From contig OY970065.1 of the NCBI GenBank assembly GCA_963705295.1, forward strand, positions 1,664,001-1,728,000: 64,000 nucleotides of DNA, read 5' to 3'. The notes under the pieces were generated by a model. The model searched no databases, had not been told where the DNA came from, and was given only the letters and a program-made list of their open reading frames with translations. Positions 9,317-18,936 of the stretch are shown piece by piece (within the stretch, counting starts at the first letter, position 1; each line of letters begins with the position of its first letter). The position numbers and the translations under genes were made by a program. The DNA comes from Parachlamydiales bacterium. Lineage in GTDB: Bacteria; Chlamydiota; Chlamydiia; Chlamydiales; Rhabdochlamydiaceae.

Positions 9317-10532
9317 AGATTTAGGGGCTGGCACCATTGAAAAATGGGCAAAGTCGCTCAAAATTGTCCATTTTGATGCAGGCAACCTCTACCTAGAAGC
9401 AGCCGATGCCTTTCAAGTGAGTTGGTTTGAAGAGTATTTGCGGCCAAAAGTTCAAAAATTCTTCAAAAACAACAATCAAAGGCCGATCAAGGTCCATCTT
9501 TCTCTCGCATCTGCTTTCATGAAACCGAAAAAAATCTGGAAACCGGTTCTTCAACTGGCTCCCGATCCTGTAGATCCCGCTTCCCTTTTAGAAACCTATT
9601 ATCCAGGAAAAACGAACACCCTCCACTTCTCCCTTTTTAAAGAGACACTGCAAAATTTGAGCTTTAATCCGATTTATCTCTATGGCCCCTCCGGCTGCGG
9701 AAAATCACACCTTCTCATGGGTGCTACATCGTATTTGCAAGCCATGGGAAAAACGTGCCTCTATATCAAAGCAGGCACTCTCACCCAGCATATTGTCGCA
9801 GCCATCCGGTCCAGTAGCATGCCCAAATTACGGCAATTCTATCGAGGGCAAGACGCTCTGATCATCGACGATATCCATCTCCTCGCTAACAGAACGGCGA
9901 CGCAGGAAGAGTTTTTTCACACCTTCAATGCACTTTCCATAGCCGGAAAACAGATCATTTTGTCTGGAAATGATCTTCCCTCCCGGCTCGGTGGAATTGA
10001 ACCGAGATTGACCAGTCGATTTGAATGGGGAATCACCCTACCCTTTTTTCCCTTAAGTACAGAGGAGCTGAAAGAGTTGGTGCACCAAAGAAGCTCTCTT
10101 CCTAAAGAAATTCAAGATGATTTAGCGGCTCAATTCACCACGGTTGCCGATCTGCTCAAAGCTTCCGAAATTTTGAAAAAGAAAAAAGATTTTTCCGATA
10201 TGGGAAAATGGCTGGCCCCTCTCCTGTCTCATCAAAAACAAAAAGCCATTACACCTGAGAAAATTGTGCAAATAACAGCTGAACTCTTTGAGATCAGCTC
10301 GCCGGATATTTTGGGGAAAGGTCAAACAAAAACTTTAAGCCTCCCCAGGCAGATCGCGATGTATTTCTGTCGCAAAAATCTTAAAATGCCTTTTTTAAAA
10401 ATAGCCGAATTTTTCTCTCGAGATCACTCGACGGTGATGACAAGTGTGAAAAGTGTGGAGAAAAAAATAAAAGAGCAAAATACAGTTTTGCTCTCGTATG
10501 TCAATGCGATTGAATCGAAACTTAGATCTTAA
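9279..10532 (+). CDS. dnaA: Chromosomal replication initiator DnaA (CT250-type copy)
   Basis: FNPIYLYGPSGCGKSHL; LIIDDIH; TQEEFFHTFN; RLTSRFEWG; RQIAMY; RDHSTV. Confidence 0.96.
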   Translation: MKIWEEFLQNQVKDLGAGTIEKWAKSLKIVHFDAGNLYLEAADAFQVSWFEEYLRPKVQKFFKNNNQRPIKVHLSLASAFMKPKKIWKPVLQLAPDPVDPASLLETYYPGKTNTLHFSLFKETLQNLSFNPIYLYGPSGCGKSHLLMGATSYLQAMGKTCLYIKAGTLTQHIVAAIRSSSMPKLRQFYRGQDALIIDDIHLLANRTATQEEFFHTFNALSIAGKQIILSGNDLPSRLGGIEPRLTSRFEWGITLPFFPLSTEELKELVHQRSSLPKEIQDDLAAQFTTVADLLKASEILKKKKDFSDMGKWLAPLLSHQKQKAITPEKIVQITAELFEISSPDILGKGQTKTLSLPRQIAMYFCRKNLKMPFLKIAEFFSRDHSTVMTSVKSVEKKIKEQNTVLLSYVNAIESKLRS

Positions 10533-11058
10533 TGAACGGTTGGCCGGGTTTGCCAGGAGTTCCTGGTCCTCCGGGAGTTGGTCCATGTGGAGGTTGTGGC
10601 ATTCCTGGACGGACGGGCGTTGTATCTTGCGGTTCACGCCCTTCGCTGATATCTTTCGCTCTCTTTCTCCAACGTTCAACAGCTTCGACAAAAATAGGGG
10701 CGAACCTGCGGAGTGAAGAAGGATCTGCTCCAATTCCCATTTCGAGGACACAGTGCATCAGAATCAGCTCTTCATTGACTGCAACTCCGACACCACCGCC
10801 GGCCATCTGACCACCCAACATTGAACCTTCTAAAAGGGATTCGTAGAGCTTTAGCCGAATCGCTGTATCTTTTGGAAGACCATCTAAAATGGGAGAATAT
10901 AAATAGAGACGGTCGGAATGAGGCTCATAGGTGATATGCAATGAAAATGTGTTATCAATTCCTAGAATGCACGTATGGTTTTCATCAAATTGCAACCCTT
11001 CAAGATTGAGCTCTTTTCCAAATTCTTTTAGGTTGGCTTTGGCATTTTCATAAGACAT
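10522..11058 (-). CDS. slc1: Type III secretion chaperone Slc1 (CT043 / CesT family)
   Basis: HSDRLYLYSPILDGLP...LLEGSMLGGQMAGGGVGVA is the recognisable CT043 signature; adjacent to glgX as in Chlamydia. Confidence 0.9.
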   Translation of the reverse strand: MSYENAKANLKEFGKELNLEGLQFDENHTCILGIDNTFSLHITYEPHSDRLYLYSPILDGLPKDTAIRLKLYESLLEGSMLGGQMAGGGVGVAVNEELILMHCVLEMGIGADPSSLRRFAPIFVEAVERWRKRAKDISEGREPQDTTPVRPGMPQPPHGPTPGGPGTPGKPGQPFIKI

Positions 11059-11148
11059 TTAATAATCCTCCGCGATAATGAATAGGTTATAGTGTCTCAA
11101 TTCTTCAAAAAAATTGCAAATACATTCCTCCTTCTGTATGAAAAGAAT

Positions 11149-13104
11149 ATGTATCAGATTGAGAATGGGACGTCTTCGCCGCTGGGAGTTACGAAAATTC
11201 CAGGCGGGTTCAATTTTGCCGTTTATGCTGCAGCTGAAAAAGATGTTTTTCTCCACCTATTTTCAACGGGCGAGCACGTCCCTTTTGCAAAAATTCCTAT
11301 GCAAAGAACCGAGTCGATCTGGCACGTCGCGGTGAAAAATCTCCACTGTCTTTTCGATTACGGGATTTTTATCGATAATCATCTCCTGATCGACCCATAT
11401 GCAAGAAATACGAATGCCTCCAATATCTGGGGCGATCCTTTCTATAACGAGTATAAGCCCCTCGGGAGGTACTCAGAATCATCGTACGACTGGGAGGGTG
11501 ATTCTCCCCCTAACCTTCCGTTTCAAGATTTAATTATCTATGAGATGCACCTTCGCGGCTATACAGAAGATCCATCGAGCCATGTCAAACACCCGGGAAC
11601 TTTTTTAGGAATGATTGAAAAGATTCCTCATCTCAAAGAGCTCGGGATCAATGCCGTTGAACTCATGCCTATTTTCGAATTTGACGAGTGTGATAACCCT
11701 CGCAAAAATCCCAAAACCGGAAAAAAATTATTTAACTACTGGGGTTATAACACGATAAACTTTTTTTCACTCATGAATCGATTTGGAACCATCGATGATT
11801 TTAAAACCCTCGTCAAAGAACTCCATAAAAATAAAATCGAAGTGATTCTCGATGTAGTCTATAACCACACGGGTGAAGGAAATGAATCGGGGAGAACGTT
11901 TTCGTTCCGAGGTCTCGATAATAAAACCTACTATATCTTAGGCCCCAAAGGAGAGTATTATAATTACTCAGGCTGCGGCAATACCTTCAATTGCAATGTC
12001 CCTGTCGTCACCACTCTCATTGTCGATTCGCTCCGCTATTGGGTGACCGAGATGCATGTCGATGGATTTCGGTTCGATCTCGCGTCGATTTTAACGCGCG
12101 ATCCTCAAGGCCAACCCCTCGGTGATCCTCCGGTGGTCAAAAAAATCACCGAAGATCCTCTTTTAAAAAATGTCAAACTGATTGCCGAAGCTTGGGATGC
12201 TGCAGGGCTTTATCAAGTGGGACATTTTCCCGCCTATGGGAAATGGGCCGAATGGAACGGCCGTTACCGAGATGCTGTCCGCCTCTTTATTAAAGGAACG
12301 GATGGTGTAGCTGGAGCTTTTGCAGGAGCCCTTGCCGGGTCGCAAGATCTCTACGGAAACTCCAATAGAAAACCATACCACAGTATCAACTTTGTCACCG
12401 CCCATGACGGCTTTACCCTCCATGATCTTGTTAGTTACAATCAAAAACATAACGAAGCCAATGGAGAGAACAACCAAGATGGGGCCAATGACAATGAAAG
12501 TTGGAATTGTGGGCATGAGGGTGAAACCTCGAATATCCACATTCTTCAACTCCGCCAAAGGCAGATGAAAAACTTTCTCGTTGCCCTCTTTGTCTCCCTT
12601 GGAACGCCGATGGTTCTCATGGGAGATGAATATGGACATACCCACTCTGGAAACAACAATACCTGGTGCCATGACGGCCCTCCAAATGCATTCTTATGGA
12701 ACAAACTCCCCCAAGAAAAAAACCTCCTCCATTTCTGGAAATCTCTGATTCATTTGAGAAGAACCAATCCGTTGCTCCGCCGCGCTGAATTTCTAAAACC
12801 GGAAGATATCGACTGGCATGGAACGGTACCCTTCCATCCCGATTGGGGACCGACCAGCCGTTTCGTTTCCTACACCCTCAAAGACCACAACCGAGAGCAC
12901 CACCTGTATATTGCCTTCAATGCCACCCCAAACCGTCCCAACATCCAACTCCCTCCACCACCTAGCCATAAAAAATGGTACCGGTTAGTCGACACCGCCC
13001 TAGCCCCTCCTCATGACTTCATGGATCATCCTACCCAGCAACCCCCTCTTAAAACCATGTGCCGCATGGAGGGTTATTCTTCTTTGATTCTCATTGCCCA
13101 ATAA
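11149..13104 (+). CDS. glgX: Glycogen debranching enzyme (isoamylase)
   Basis: NYWGY, DVVYNHTGEG, DGFRFDLAS, EAWD and FVTAHDGFTL GH13 motifs; start set at MYQIENG. Confidence 0.96.
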   Translation: MYQIENGTSSPLGVTKIPGGFNFAVYAAAEKDVFLHLFSTGEHVPFAKIPMQRTESIWHVAVKNLHCLFDYGIFIDNHLLIDPYARNTNASNIWGDPFYNEYKPLGRYSESSYDWEGDSPPNLPFQDLIIYEMHLRGYTEDPSSHVKHPGTFLGMIEKIPHLKELGINAVELMPIFEFDECDNPRKNPKTGKKLFNYWGYNTINFFSLMNRFGTIDDFKTLVKELHKNKIEVILDVVYNHTGEGNESGRTFSFRGLDNKTYYILGPKGEYYNYSGCGNTFNCNVPVVTTLIVDSLRYWVTEMHVDGFRFDLASILTRDPQGQPLGDPPVVKKITEDPLLKNVKLIAEAWDAAGLYQVGHFPAYGKWAEWNGRYRDAVRLFIKGTDGVAGAFAGALAGSQDLYGNSNRKPYHSINFVTAHDGFTLHDLVSYNQKHNEANGENNQDGANDNESWNCGHEGETSNIHILQLRQRQMKNFLVALFVSLGTPMVLMGDEYGHTHSGNNNTWCHDGPPNAFLWNKLPQEKNLLHFWKSLIHLRRTNPLLRRAEFLKPEDIDWHGTVPFHPDWGPTSRFVSYTLKDHNREHHLYIAFNATPNRPNIQLPPPPSHKKWYRLVDTALAPPHDFMDHPTQQPPLKTMCRMEGYSSLILIAQ

Positions 13105-13148
13105 ATAGAATTGATACAAAATTGGATTCTATATTGGTGGAGGATCGC

Positions 13149-13769
13149 ATGCGCAAATGGGGAGCTTTATTACTAGGAATTTTTCTAGTCGGATGTGGGA
13201 ATCAAGATCGCGACACTGCACTTCTGGAGACACCGAAGCTGCAGCGCCCTTTAGTTGCCTTTGTTCCTGTGATGGATGCTTCAAAGCATGACCTTAATTG
13301 GGACGTCTCGGAGGAATTATCCTCTGCTATGCGACATAATCTCACACAGAAAAACCGACTTTATCTTGTTGGTGGAGAGAGTTTTCTTCCCCATGCCAAA
13401 CGGGCTCTCGCCACCCATCACCCGTTTGAGCCCGACACCACTTGGATTAAAAAGGCATTTCCTCAAAATGAATTCGTTGTGTTTACAGAGCTCTTAGAAC
13501 ATGATGAAATTCCTTCCCCTTCTGAGCTCATTTTAAAAATGCGAGTCGGAATTTTTGATCTCCGCGACAAAACCCCTAAAATTGTTCTCCAAGAAATTGT
13601 TGAACAAGCACACCACATTCCCCAACAATTCACAAAAACAAACTTCAATCAAGTTCCGTGGGGAGATGAACTATTTGATGTTTCTCCTCTAGGCATTGCA
13701 CATGATCAACTCTGTAAAGAACTCTCGAGCCGGATCGAAGATTACATTTTGATGACGAGTAAGCCGTGA
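13149..13769 (+). CDS. CT253-family lipoprotein
   Basis: GGAGG RBS; lipobox FLVGC; SPLGIAH..L..RIEDYI C-terminus; precedes the CAAX protease as CT253-CT254. Confidence 0.75.
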   Translation: MRKWGALLLGIFLVGCGNQDRDTALLETPKLQRPLVAFVPVMDASKHDLNWDVSEELSSAMRHNLTQKNRLYLVGGESFLPHAKRALATHHPFEPDTTWIKKAFPQNEFVVFTELLEHDEIPSPSELILKMRVGIFDLRDKTPKIVLQEIVEQAHHIPQQFTKTNFNQVPWGDELFDVSPLGIAHDQLCKELSSRIEDYILMTSKP

Positions 13770-14614
13770 TCATTTCGGACAGTGTTCAGATTCTTTTGCT
13801 TCTTGCCTTATGGGCGGCTGCCATCAACTATTTTGCCTGGAAAAAGAGGTTCTATACCTGGCATCCTCGGTTAGTTCCCCCCGTTTCATTTAAAGATGTG
13901 GCGAGTGTTTTCGTCATTTATTTATTCGCCCTTCTCATTGCTGCCCCTTACCTATCTTCTCTTTTTCTCAAATTCTCTTCTCAAATCCCCAGCTTCGGGA
14001 TCATCGTCGCTGTCCAATTTTTCATTATTCTAGGAACGATGGCGGGTATTTTCTTTTACTGTCGGTCTCAAGCAAGGGAAACCTTTATCCAGGTCGTGAA
14101 AAATCCCCAATCGAAATCATCGCTTTGGTTTGATGCTACCCTGGGTCTCCTCACTTGGTTTATTGCCTTTCCCATCGTTGCGTTTCTCAGTCAACTCTTC
14201 GATCTTTTACTCTATCTCATCTTTGGACTGGAAAGTTATGAACAAGTCGCCGTCCGGTATCTGAAGAGCACACTAGCTTCCCCTTCTTTGACTATTTTAG
14301 CCTTAATATCGATCCTCATCATCGCCCCTACCATCGAAGAGTTTTTATTCCGAGGGACATTGCAAACCTATTTTAAAAGAAAGCTGGGCGCCAAAGCCGC
14401 TATTTTGCTCGCAGCAGCCTTTTTTGCAATGTTTCACTATTCCCCGTCTCAAGGACTCGGCAACCTATCGTTACTTCCTTCTCTTTTCGCGTTCGGTTGC
14501 TATCTCGGATTTATTTATGAAAGGCAGGGATCTCTTTTGGCTTCGATTGCCCTCCATGCGACATTCAATTTAGCGAGCGCACTGCGTATCCTTTTTTCAC
14601 CGGAGTCTGCATGA
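13766..14614 (+). CDS. CPBP/Abi (CAAX-type) intramembrane metalloprotease
   Basis: APTIEEFLFRG, FAMFH, ASIALHATFN motifs; multiple TMs. Confidence 0.92.
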   Translation: MIISDSVQILLLLALWAAAINYFAWKKRFYTWHPRLVPPVSFKDVASVFVIYLFALLIAAPYLSSLFLKFSSQIPSFGIIVAVQFFIILGTMAGIFFYCRSQARETFIQVVKNPQSKSSLWFDATLGLLTWFIAFPIVAFLSQLFDLLLYLIFGLESYEQVAVRYLKSTLASPSLTILALISILIIAPTIEEFLFRGTLQTYFKRKLGAKAAILLAAAFFAMFHYSPSQGLGNLSLLPSLFAFGCYLGFIYERQGSLLASIALHATFNLASALRILFSPESA

Positions 14615-15708
14615 AAAAATTCATCTCCCTTTTTATATTGTTTCTTTCCCCTTTACTTTCGAACGGGGTCACCGATTTTGGATTGGATCTGTTACAGACA
14701 ACATCGACACCCCAAAAAAACACCCTCCTCTCTCCCTACTCCATTTCACGGTGTCTCAGTATGGTCTCCTCAGGAGCTAAAAAAGAGACCCTCAAAGAAT
14801 TGAAACGGGTTCTCTATTTAACAGATGAAATGCCTTATATCGAAGATTCCCATTTGCACGAAGCCAGCACTCTTTGGATCAGTCCCCATTTTTTTGTCTT
14901 GCCCCAGTTTCAAGCTTCTATCCAGAGGATTGAGCTTAATGCTCCTGAAAATGCCGCCCACATCATGAATACGTGGATTGCCGAAAAAACCGAGCAAAAA
15001 ATCAAAAATCTTATTTCTCCATCCGATCTCTCCCCGTTTTCCAAGCTTATTCTGATCAATGCACTCCATTTTAAGGGAGAATTTTTCCACCCTTTTAGCG
15101 CATCGCGTACCAAATCTCATCTATTTTGGGTGGATGATAAAGCTTATGTACCGACACCCATGATGAATAAAACAGCACATCAATCGTACTCCGAGGACAA
15201 CCTGTTTAAGGTTGTCTCTTTTCCTTTTATCGACTCCAACATCAGCCTGGTCATCTTCTTGCCAAAAGAGAGAATTTTTTCCGATCTCGCCACCTATTTG
15301 AATCCCGAGAGATTCGAATTACTTCTCGACAACTTATATACCAAAAATGTCCAAGTAAAAATTCCGAAATTCAAAATTCAAGACCGCTACGACCTCATTC
15401 CCCTACTCCGCAGCCTCGGGCTTTCACTTCCGTTTTCGCAAAAAGCCGATTTCTCAGGCATTACCGGAGAGAAAAATCTCTATCTCAGCCATGTGCTTCA
15501 TGGAGCTTTTTTTGAACTGAGTGAAAAAGGGGTAACAGCTGCTGCTGCCACAGCATCTGTGATGAATGTCACCAGTTGTTTTCAAGAGGAATACCCTTTA
15601 GAATTTAGAGCCGATCATCCGTTTATCTTTGCACTGGTCGACATGGAAACAAAAACCCCGCTTTTTTTAGGCGAATTCTATAAACCTGATGAAAATTCCT
15701 TTCGTTGA
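14611..15708 (+). CDS. Secreted serpin (serine protease inhibitor)
   Basis: Signal peptide; SPYSI; LINALHFKG; IPKFKI; hinge EKGVTAAAATA; FRADHPFIF. Confidence 0.93.
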   Translation: MKKFISLFILFLSPLLSNGVTDFGLDLLQTTSTPQKNTLLSPYSISRCLSMVSSGAKKETLKELKRVLYLTDEMPYIEDSHLHEASTLWISPHFFVLPQFQASIQRIELNAPENAAHIMNTWIAEKTEQKIKNLISPSDLSPFSKLILINALHFKGEFFHPFSASRTKSHLFWVDDKAYVPTPMMNKTAHQSYSEDNLFKVVSFPFIDSNISLVIFLPKERIFSDLATYLNPERFELLLDNLYTKNVQVKIPKFKIQDRYDLIPLLRSLGLSLPFSQKADFSGITGEKNLYLSHVLHGAFFELSEKGVTAAAATASVMNVTSCFQEEYPLEFRADHPFIFALVDMETKTPLFLGEFYKPDENSFR

Positions 15709-16426
15709 AAGTTTTGGGATCTCCGACATTGGAACATCCCGTTCCAATAATGAAGACGTTTGGGGTGAACTTCCCGATGAACATTTTTATGTGCTTGCCG
15801 ATGGGATGGGCGGACACCTCGCTGGAGAAGTGGCTGCTAAAGAAGGTGTCTTACATCTCTGTGATTCGATTGAGCGGTTTCTACGAGTCAATCCCAACCC
15901 CACAATAGAGATGGCCACAACTCATCTCAAAAATGCGTTTTCAGAAGCCAACCGGTGGATCCGGTCCCTGACAGAAGAAAACCATCGATTTGCCGGCATG
16001 GGAACAACCTTATGCTGCGTCCTTCTCCTCAAAAATGAAATCGTCTACGGCCACATCGGAGATAGCCGTATCTACCGGTTTCGAAAACAACTAGAACGGC
16101 TCACCGAAGATCATACCCTCAAAGCCGAGCTCCTTGCTGCCGGCGAAATCACCAAGCAAATGTCAACCCGGTACAAAAATGTCCTGACCCGCGCTCTTGG
16201 TATCGCCCCCTTTATCCAACCCGACATCCATCACCTCCCCTACCAATCCGGAGATATCTACCTCCTCAGCTCCGACGGCCTCCACGAATCCCTCTCCGAC
16301 TTTCAAATCGAAGCCATCCTGCGCGAAACCCCCTCCATCAAGAATGCCGCCATCGAACTCGTCGAAGCCGCCAAAAATGCCGGCAGCACCGACAACATCA
16401 CTGCCCTCGTCATCCTTTGCCATTAG
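15689..16426 (+). CDS. PP2C-family Ser/Thr phosphatase (CT259-like)
   Basis: SDIG..RSNNED, ADGMGGH, GMGTT, GDSRIY, SDGL, DNIT. Confidence 0.95.
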   Translation: MKIPFVESFGISDIGTSRSNNEDVWGELPDEHFYVLADGMGGHLAGEVAAKEGVLHLCDSIERFLRVNPNPTIEMATTHLKNAFSEANRWIRSLTEENHRFAGMGTTLCCVLLLKNEIVYGHIGDSRIYRFRKQLERLTEDHTLKAELLAAGEITKQMSTRYKNVLTRALGIAPFIQPDIHHLPYQSGDIYLLSSDGLHESLSDFQIEAILRETPSIKNAAIELVEAAKNAGSTDNITALVILCH

Positions 16427-16913
16427 ATAAAGCTTCAATTACCTTTAAATCATCCATCGCATCTTCCATTCTCCCGACATCTCTCAGCAATGCACTTCTC
16501 CGGTGAAGAATTTCCGTCACAAAAGGTATATTCCCAGGATCGCATGTAAAAGCCTCCATCAAATCCCGTCTACAGTTTTCAGCTTCTCTCTTTTGCAGAT
16601 AAATAGCGGCCCTTTCAACCAAAATCTTAGCCCGCAGCGGATCCCGATCACTCTCATAATCTACAAGAGCTTTCGTCAGATCACTGAATGCCCTCTCAAA
16701 TAAATCTTGTCTGGCATACAGCCTCCCCCTCAACCAGAGAATCTCCCGATTGAGATCCGCCTTTCTTGATCGGCAATAGAGCGCCTTTGTGTACCTTTCT
16801 ATAGCTTCCTCCGATCTCTCCGTTTCCTCTAAAAAAAGGGCTTGGACTAACAACTCTTTAGCCCGAATTTCAACATGAAGATCGTAATTATTATTCCTTG
16901 TAATTGCAGACAT
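16410..16913 (-). CDS. Small TPR-repeat protein
   Basis: TPR-like helices (AIERYTKAL, RGRLYARQ, AFSDLTKAL). Confidence 0.65.
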   Translation of the reverse strand: MSAITRNNNYDLHVEIRAKELLVQALFLEETERSEEAIERYTKALYCRSRKADLNREILWLRGRLYARQDLFERAFSDLTKALVDYESDRDPLRAKILVERAAIYLQKREAENCRRDLMEAFTCDPGNIPFVTEILHRRSALLRDVGRMEDAMDDLKVIEALSNGKG

Positions 16914-16962
16914 TATAATATATATTTAAACGAAAAATGATATTCCATATTGAGGATTATTT

Positions 16963-18081
16963 GTGAGGAAAATTTACTTAGATAACAACGCAACGACGGG
17001 ATTAGATCCGAGGGTCATGGAGGCGATGCAGGAGGTTTTGACGGCGATCCCGTGTAATCCATCGAGCACCCACATCTTTGGACAAGATGCCAGGAAATAT
17101 TTGACCAGGGCGCGGGATGCAATCTCGCATGGGCTCCATGTCAAACCCCACGAATTGGTCTTTACTTCGGGTGGGACGGAAGCCCTTAATTACCTGATCC
17201 GAGGGTTTTATAGTTTAAGCCGTGGCTGCCACGTGATCTCCTCGAATGTTGAACATCCAGCCGTGCGAGAAACTCTCGATAGTTTAGGGGCCAATACCAC
17301 CTATTTGCCAGCGGGGCTTTGGGGAGCCGTTCAGCCGTTTCAATTGGAAGAAGCGATCCAGCCTGAAACGAGAATGATTGTGCTCATGTCAGCCAATAAT
17401 GTGACCGGAGTTAAAACCGATCTGCTCGCCATTGCAGATATTGCGTACAGGCATAATATCCCTCTCATCGTCGATGGAATTCAACATCTCGGAAAAGAAG
17501 TTCTCCATATCCCTCCAGGGGTCACAGCCATGGCCTTTTCAGCTCACAAGCTCCATGGTCCTTCAGGTGTCGGGGTCGCCTTTGTTCGCTCGCCGTTCAA
17601 ATTACCTCCCCTCCTCACAGGCGGACCTCAAGAAGGAGGACGTAGAGCTGGAACCGAAAACTTGCCCGGAATTGTCGGATTCGCAAAAGCTGTTGAACTG
17701 CTCGCCCTCGAGCTTCCCAAAGCCTCCGACCACATGCGGACCCTTCGCGATCGATTGACCGACAGCCTCATGCAAACCCTGGGCAATATCGTCGTCCATG
17801 GCCAAGGCCCCCGCCTCTGCAATACCGTCCACATCGGCTTTCCCCATATCGATGGTGAAACCCACCTCATGCAGCTCGACCTAGCCGGCATCGCAGTCAG
17901 CCATGGCTCTGCCTGCTCATCAGGCGGCCTCGAGCCATCTCCCATTCTCCTCAACATGGGAATTCCCCTCACCCTCGCCCGCACCAGTCTCCGATTCTCT
18001 TTAAGCCGCTTTACCACAGAACAAGAGATCGACACGACAATACAGGTTATTTCAACCCTAAAAAACCGTCTATCAATCTGA
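16963..18081 (+). CDS. iscS: Cysteine desulfurase (IscS/NifS class I)
   Basis: IYLDNNATT, FTSGGTEA, SAHKLHGP (PLP Lys), GSACSS. Confidence 0.95.
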   Translation: MRKIYLDNNATTGLDPRVMEAMQEVLTAIPCNPSSTHIFGQDARKYLTRARDAISHGLHVKPHELVFTSGGTEALNYLIRGFYSLSRGCHVISSNVEHPAVRETLDSLGANTTYLPAGLWGAVQPFQLEEAIQPETRMIVLMSANNVTGVKTDLLAIADIAYRHNIPLIVDGIQHLGKEVLHIPPGVTAMAFSAHKLHGPSGVGVAFVRSPFKLPPLLTGGPQEGGRRAGTENLPGIVGFAKAVELLALELPKASDHMRTLRDRLTDSLMQTLGNIVVHGQGPRLCNTVHIGFPHIDGETHLMQLDLAGIAVSHGSACSSGGLEPSPILLNMGIPLTLARTSLRFSLSRFTTEQEIDTTIQVISTLKNRLSI

Positions 18082-18092
18082 CAACAATGCTC

Positions 18093-18121
18093 TAGACTGA
18101 TTATTCCATTACTGATATAGT
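18093..18121 (+). promoter_or_regulatory. Putative sigma66 promoter just upstream of the toxin ATG
   Basis: TAGACT-N17-TATAGT with an extended TG; ATG 8 nt after the -10; no SD. Confidence 0.5.
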
Positions 18122-18129
18122 TTATAACA

Positions 18130-18516
18130 ATGATTGAGGAATTGTCGATTCGGCCTATTATATGGATTGCGTCTTCAAAGAGTGATTTAATGGATATGCC
18201 TGATGATGTGATTGATGACTTCGGTCATGGGCTATTCCAGGCACAAATTGGAAAACATCCCGATATAGGAAAAACTTTAGGCGGTTTTGGCAGCGCAAAT
18301 GTTATTGAACTAGTAAAAGATCACAAAGGAGATGCTTTTCGAGCTGTCTACACGGTTAGATTTACAGAAGTTATCATTGTGTTACATGCTTTCCAAAAAA
18401 AGAGCAAAAAAGGCATAGAAACACCTAAGGCAGATATGGAGCTCATTCGTTCGAGACTGAGACTGGCAGAAGTAATTTACAAAGAATGGAAAAATAAAAG
18501 AGATAAAAATGGCTAA
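18130..18516 (+). CDS. RelE/ParE-superfamily toxin (Gp49/DUF891, HigB-like)
   Basis: WIASSKSDL...RAVYTVRF..IIVLHAFQKKSKKGIETPK. Confidence 0.88.
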   Translation: MIEELSIRPIIWIASSKSDLMDMPDDVIDDFGHGLFQAQIGKHPDIGKTLGGFGSANVIELVKDHKGDAFRAVYTVRFTEVIIVLHAFQKKSKKGIETPKADMELIRSRLRLAEVIYKEWKNKRDKNG

Positions 18517-18850
18517 AACAAAAGAAGCTGATTATGAAGTCACTGAAGGGAACGTTTTTGCTGCTCTTGGCAGAGAAAATGCAGAAGAATTATCGGCCAG
18601 GGCAAAGCTTTTAGATGAAGTAAGCTCTCTCATCAAAAAAAGCGGACTTACTCAACAAAAAATAGCCAAAAAATTAGGAATAACTCAATTCAAAGTTTCT
18701 ATGCTAGTCGGGGGACATTTATCAGCTTTTAGTTCAGAGACACTCATGCATTATCTCTTAATTTTGGGCTGTGGAGTTGAAATCAGAATACATAAACCAC
18801 GCTCTCGCATTGGCATTTTTAGACGAACAGGTTATATCGCTGTTTGTTAA
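18509..18850 (+). CDS. XRE/HTH antitoxin (HigA-like)
   Basis: GNVFAALG motif; HTH LTQQKIAKKLGITQFKVS; overlaps the toxin. Confidence 0.85.
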   Translation: MAKTKEADYEVTEGNVFAALGRENAEELSARAKLLDEVSSLIKKSGLTQQKIAKKLGITQFKVSMLVGGHLSAFSSETLMHYLLILGCGVEIRIHKPRSRIGIFRRTGYIAVC

Positions 18851-18936
18851 TAGATTGTCACCTTTTTATAGCCCCCGTTAATAAACAGCAATAAAAGCTT
18901 TTGACAGCAAGAGAAAAAACATGATTCAGTTTAGAA

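Noticed and set aside
7453..10532. Replication origin near dnaA
   Set aside because: No DnaA-box cluster (TTATCCACA-like) was noticed and dnaA overlaps both neighbours, leaving no intergenic room
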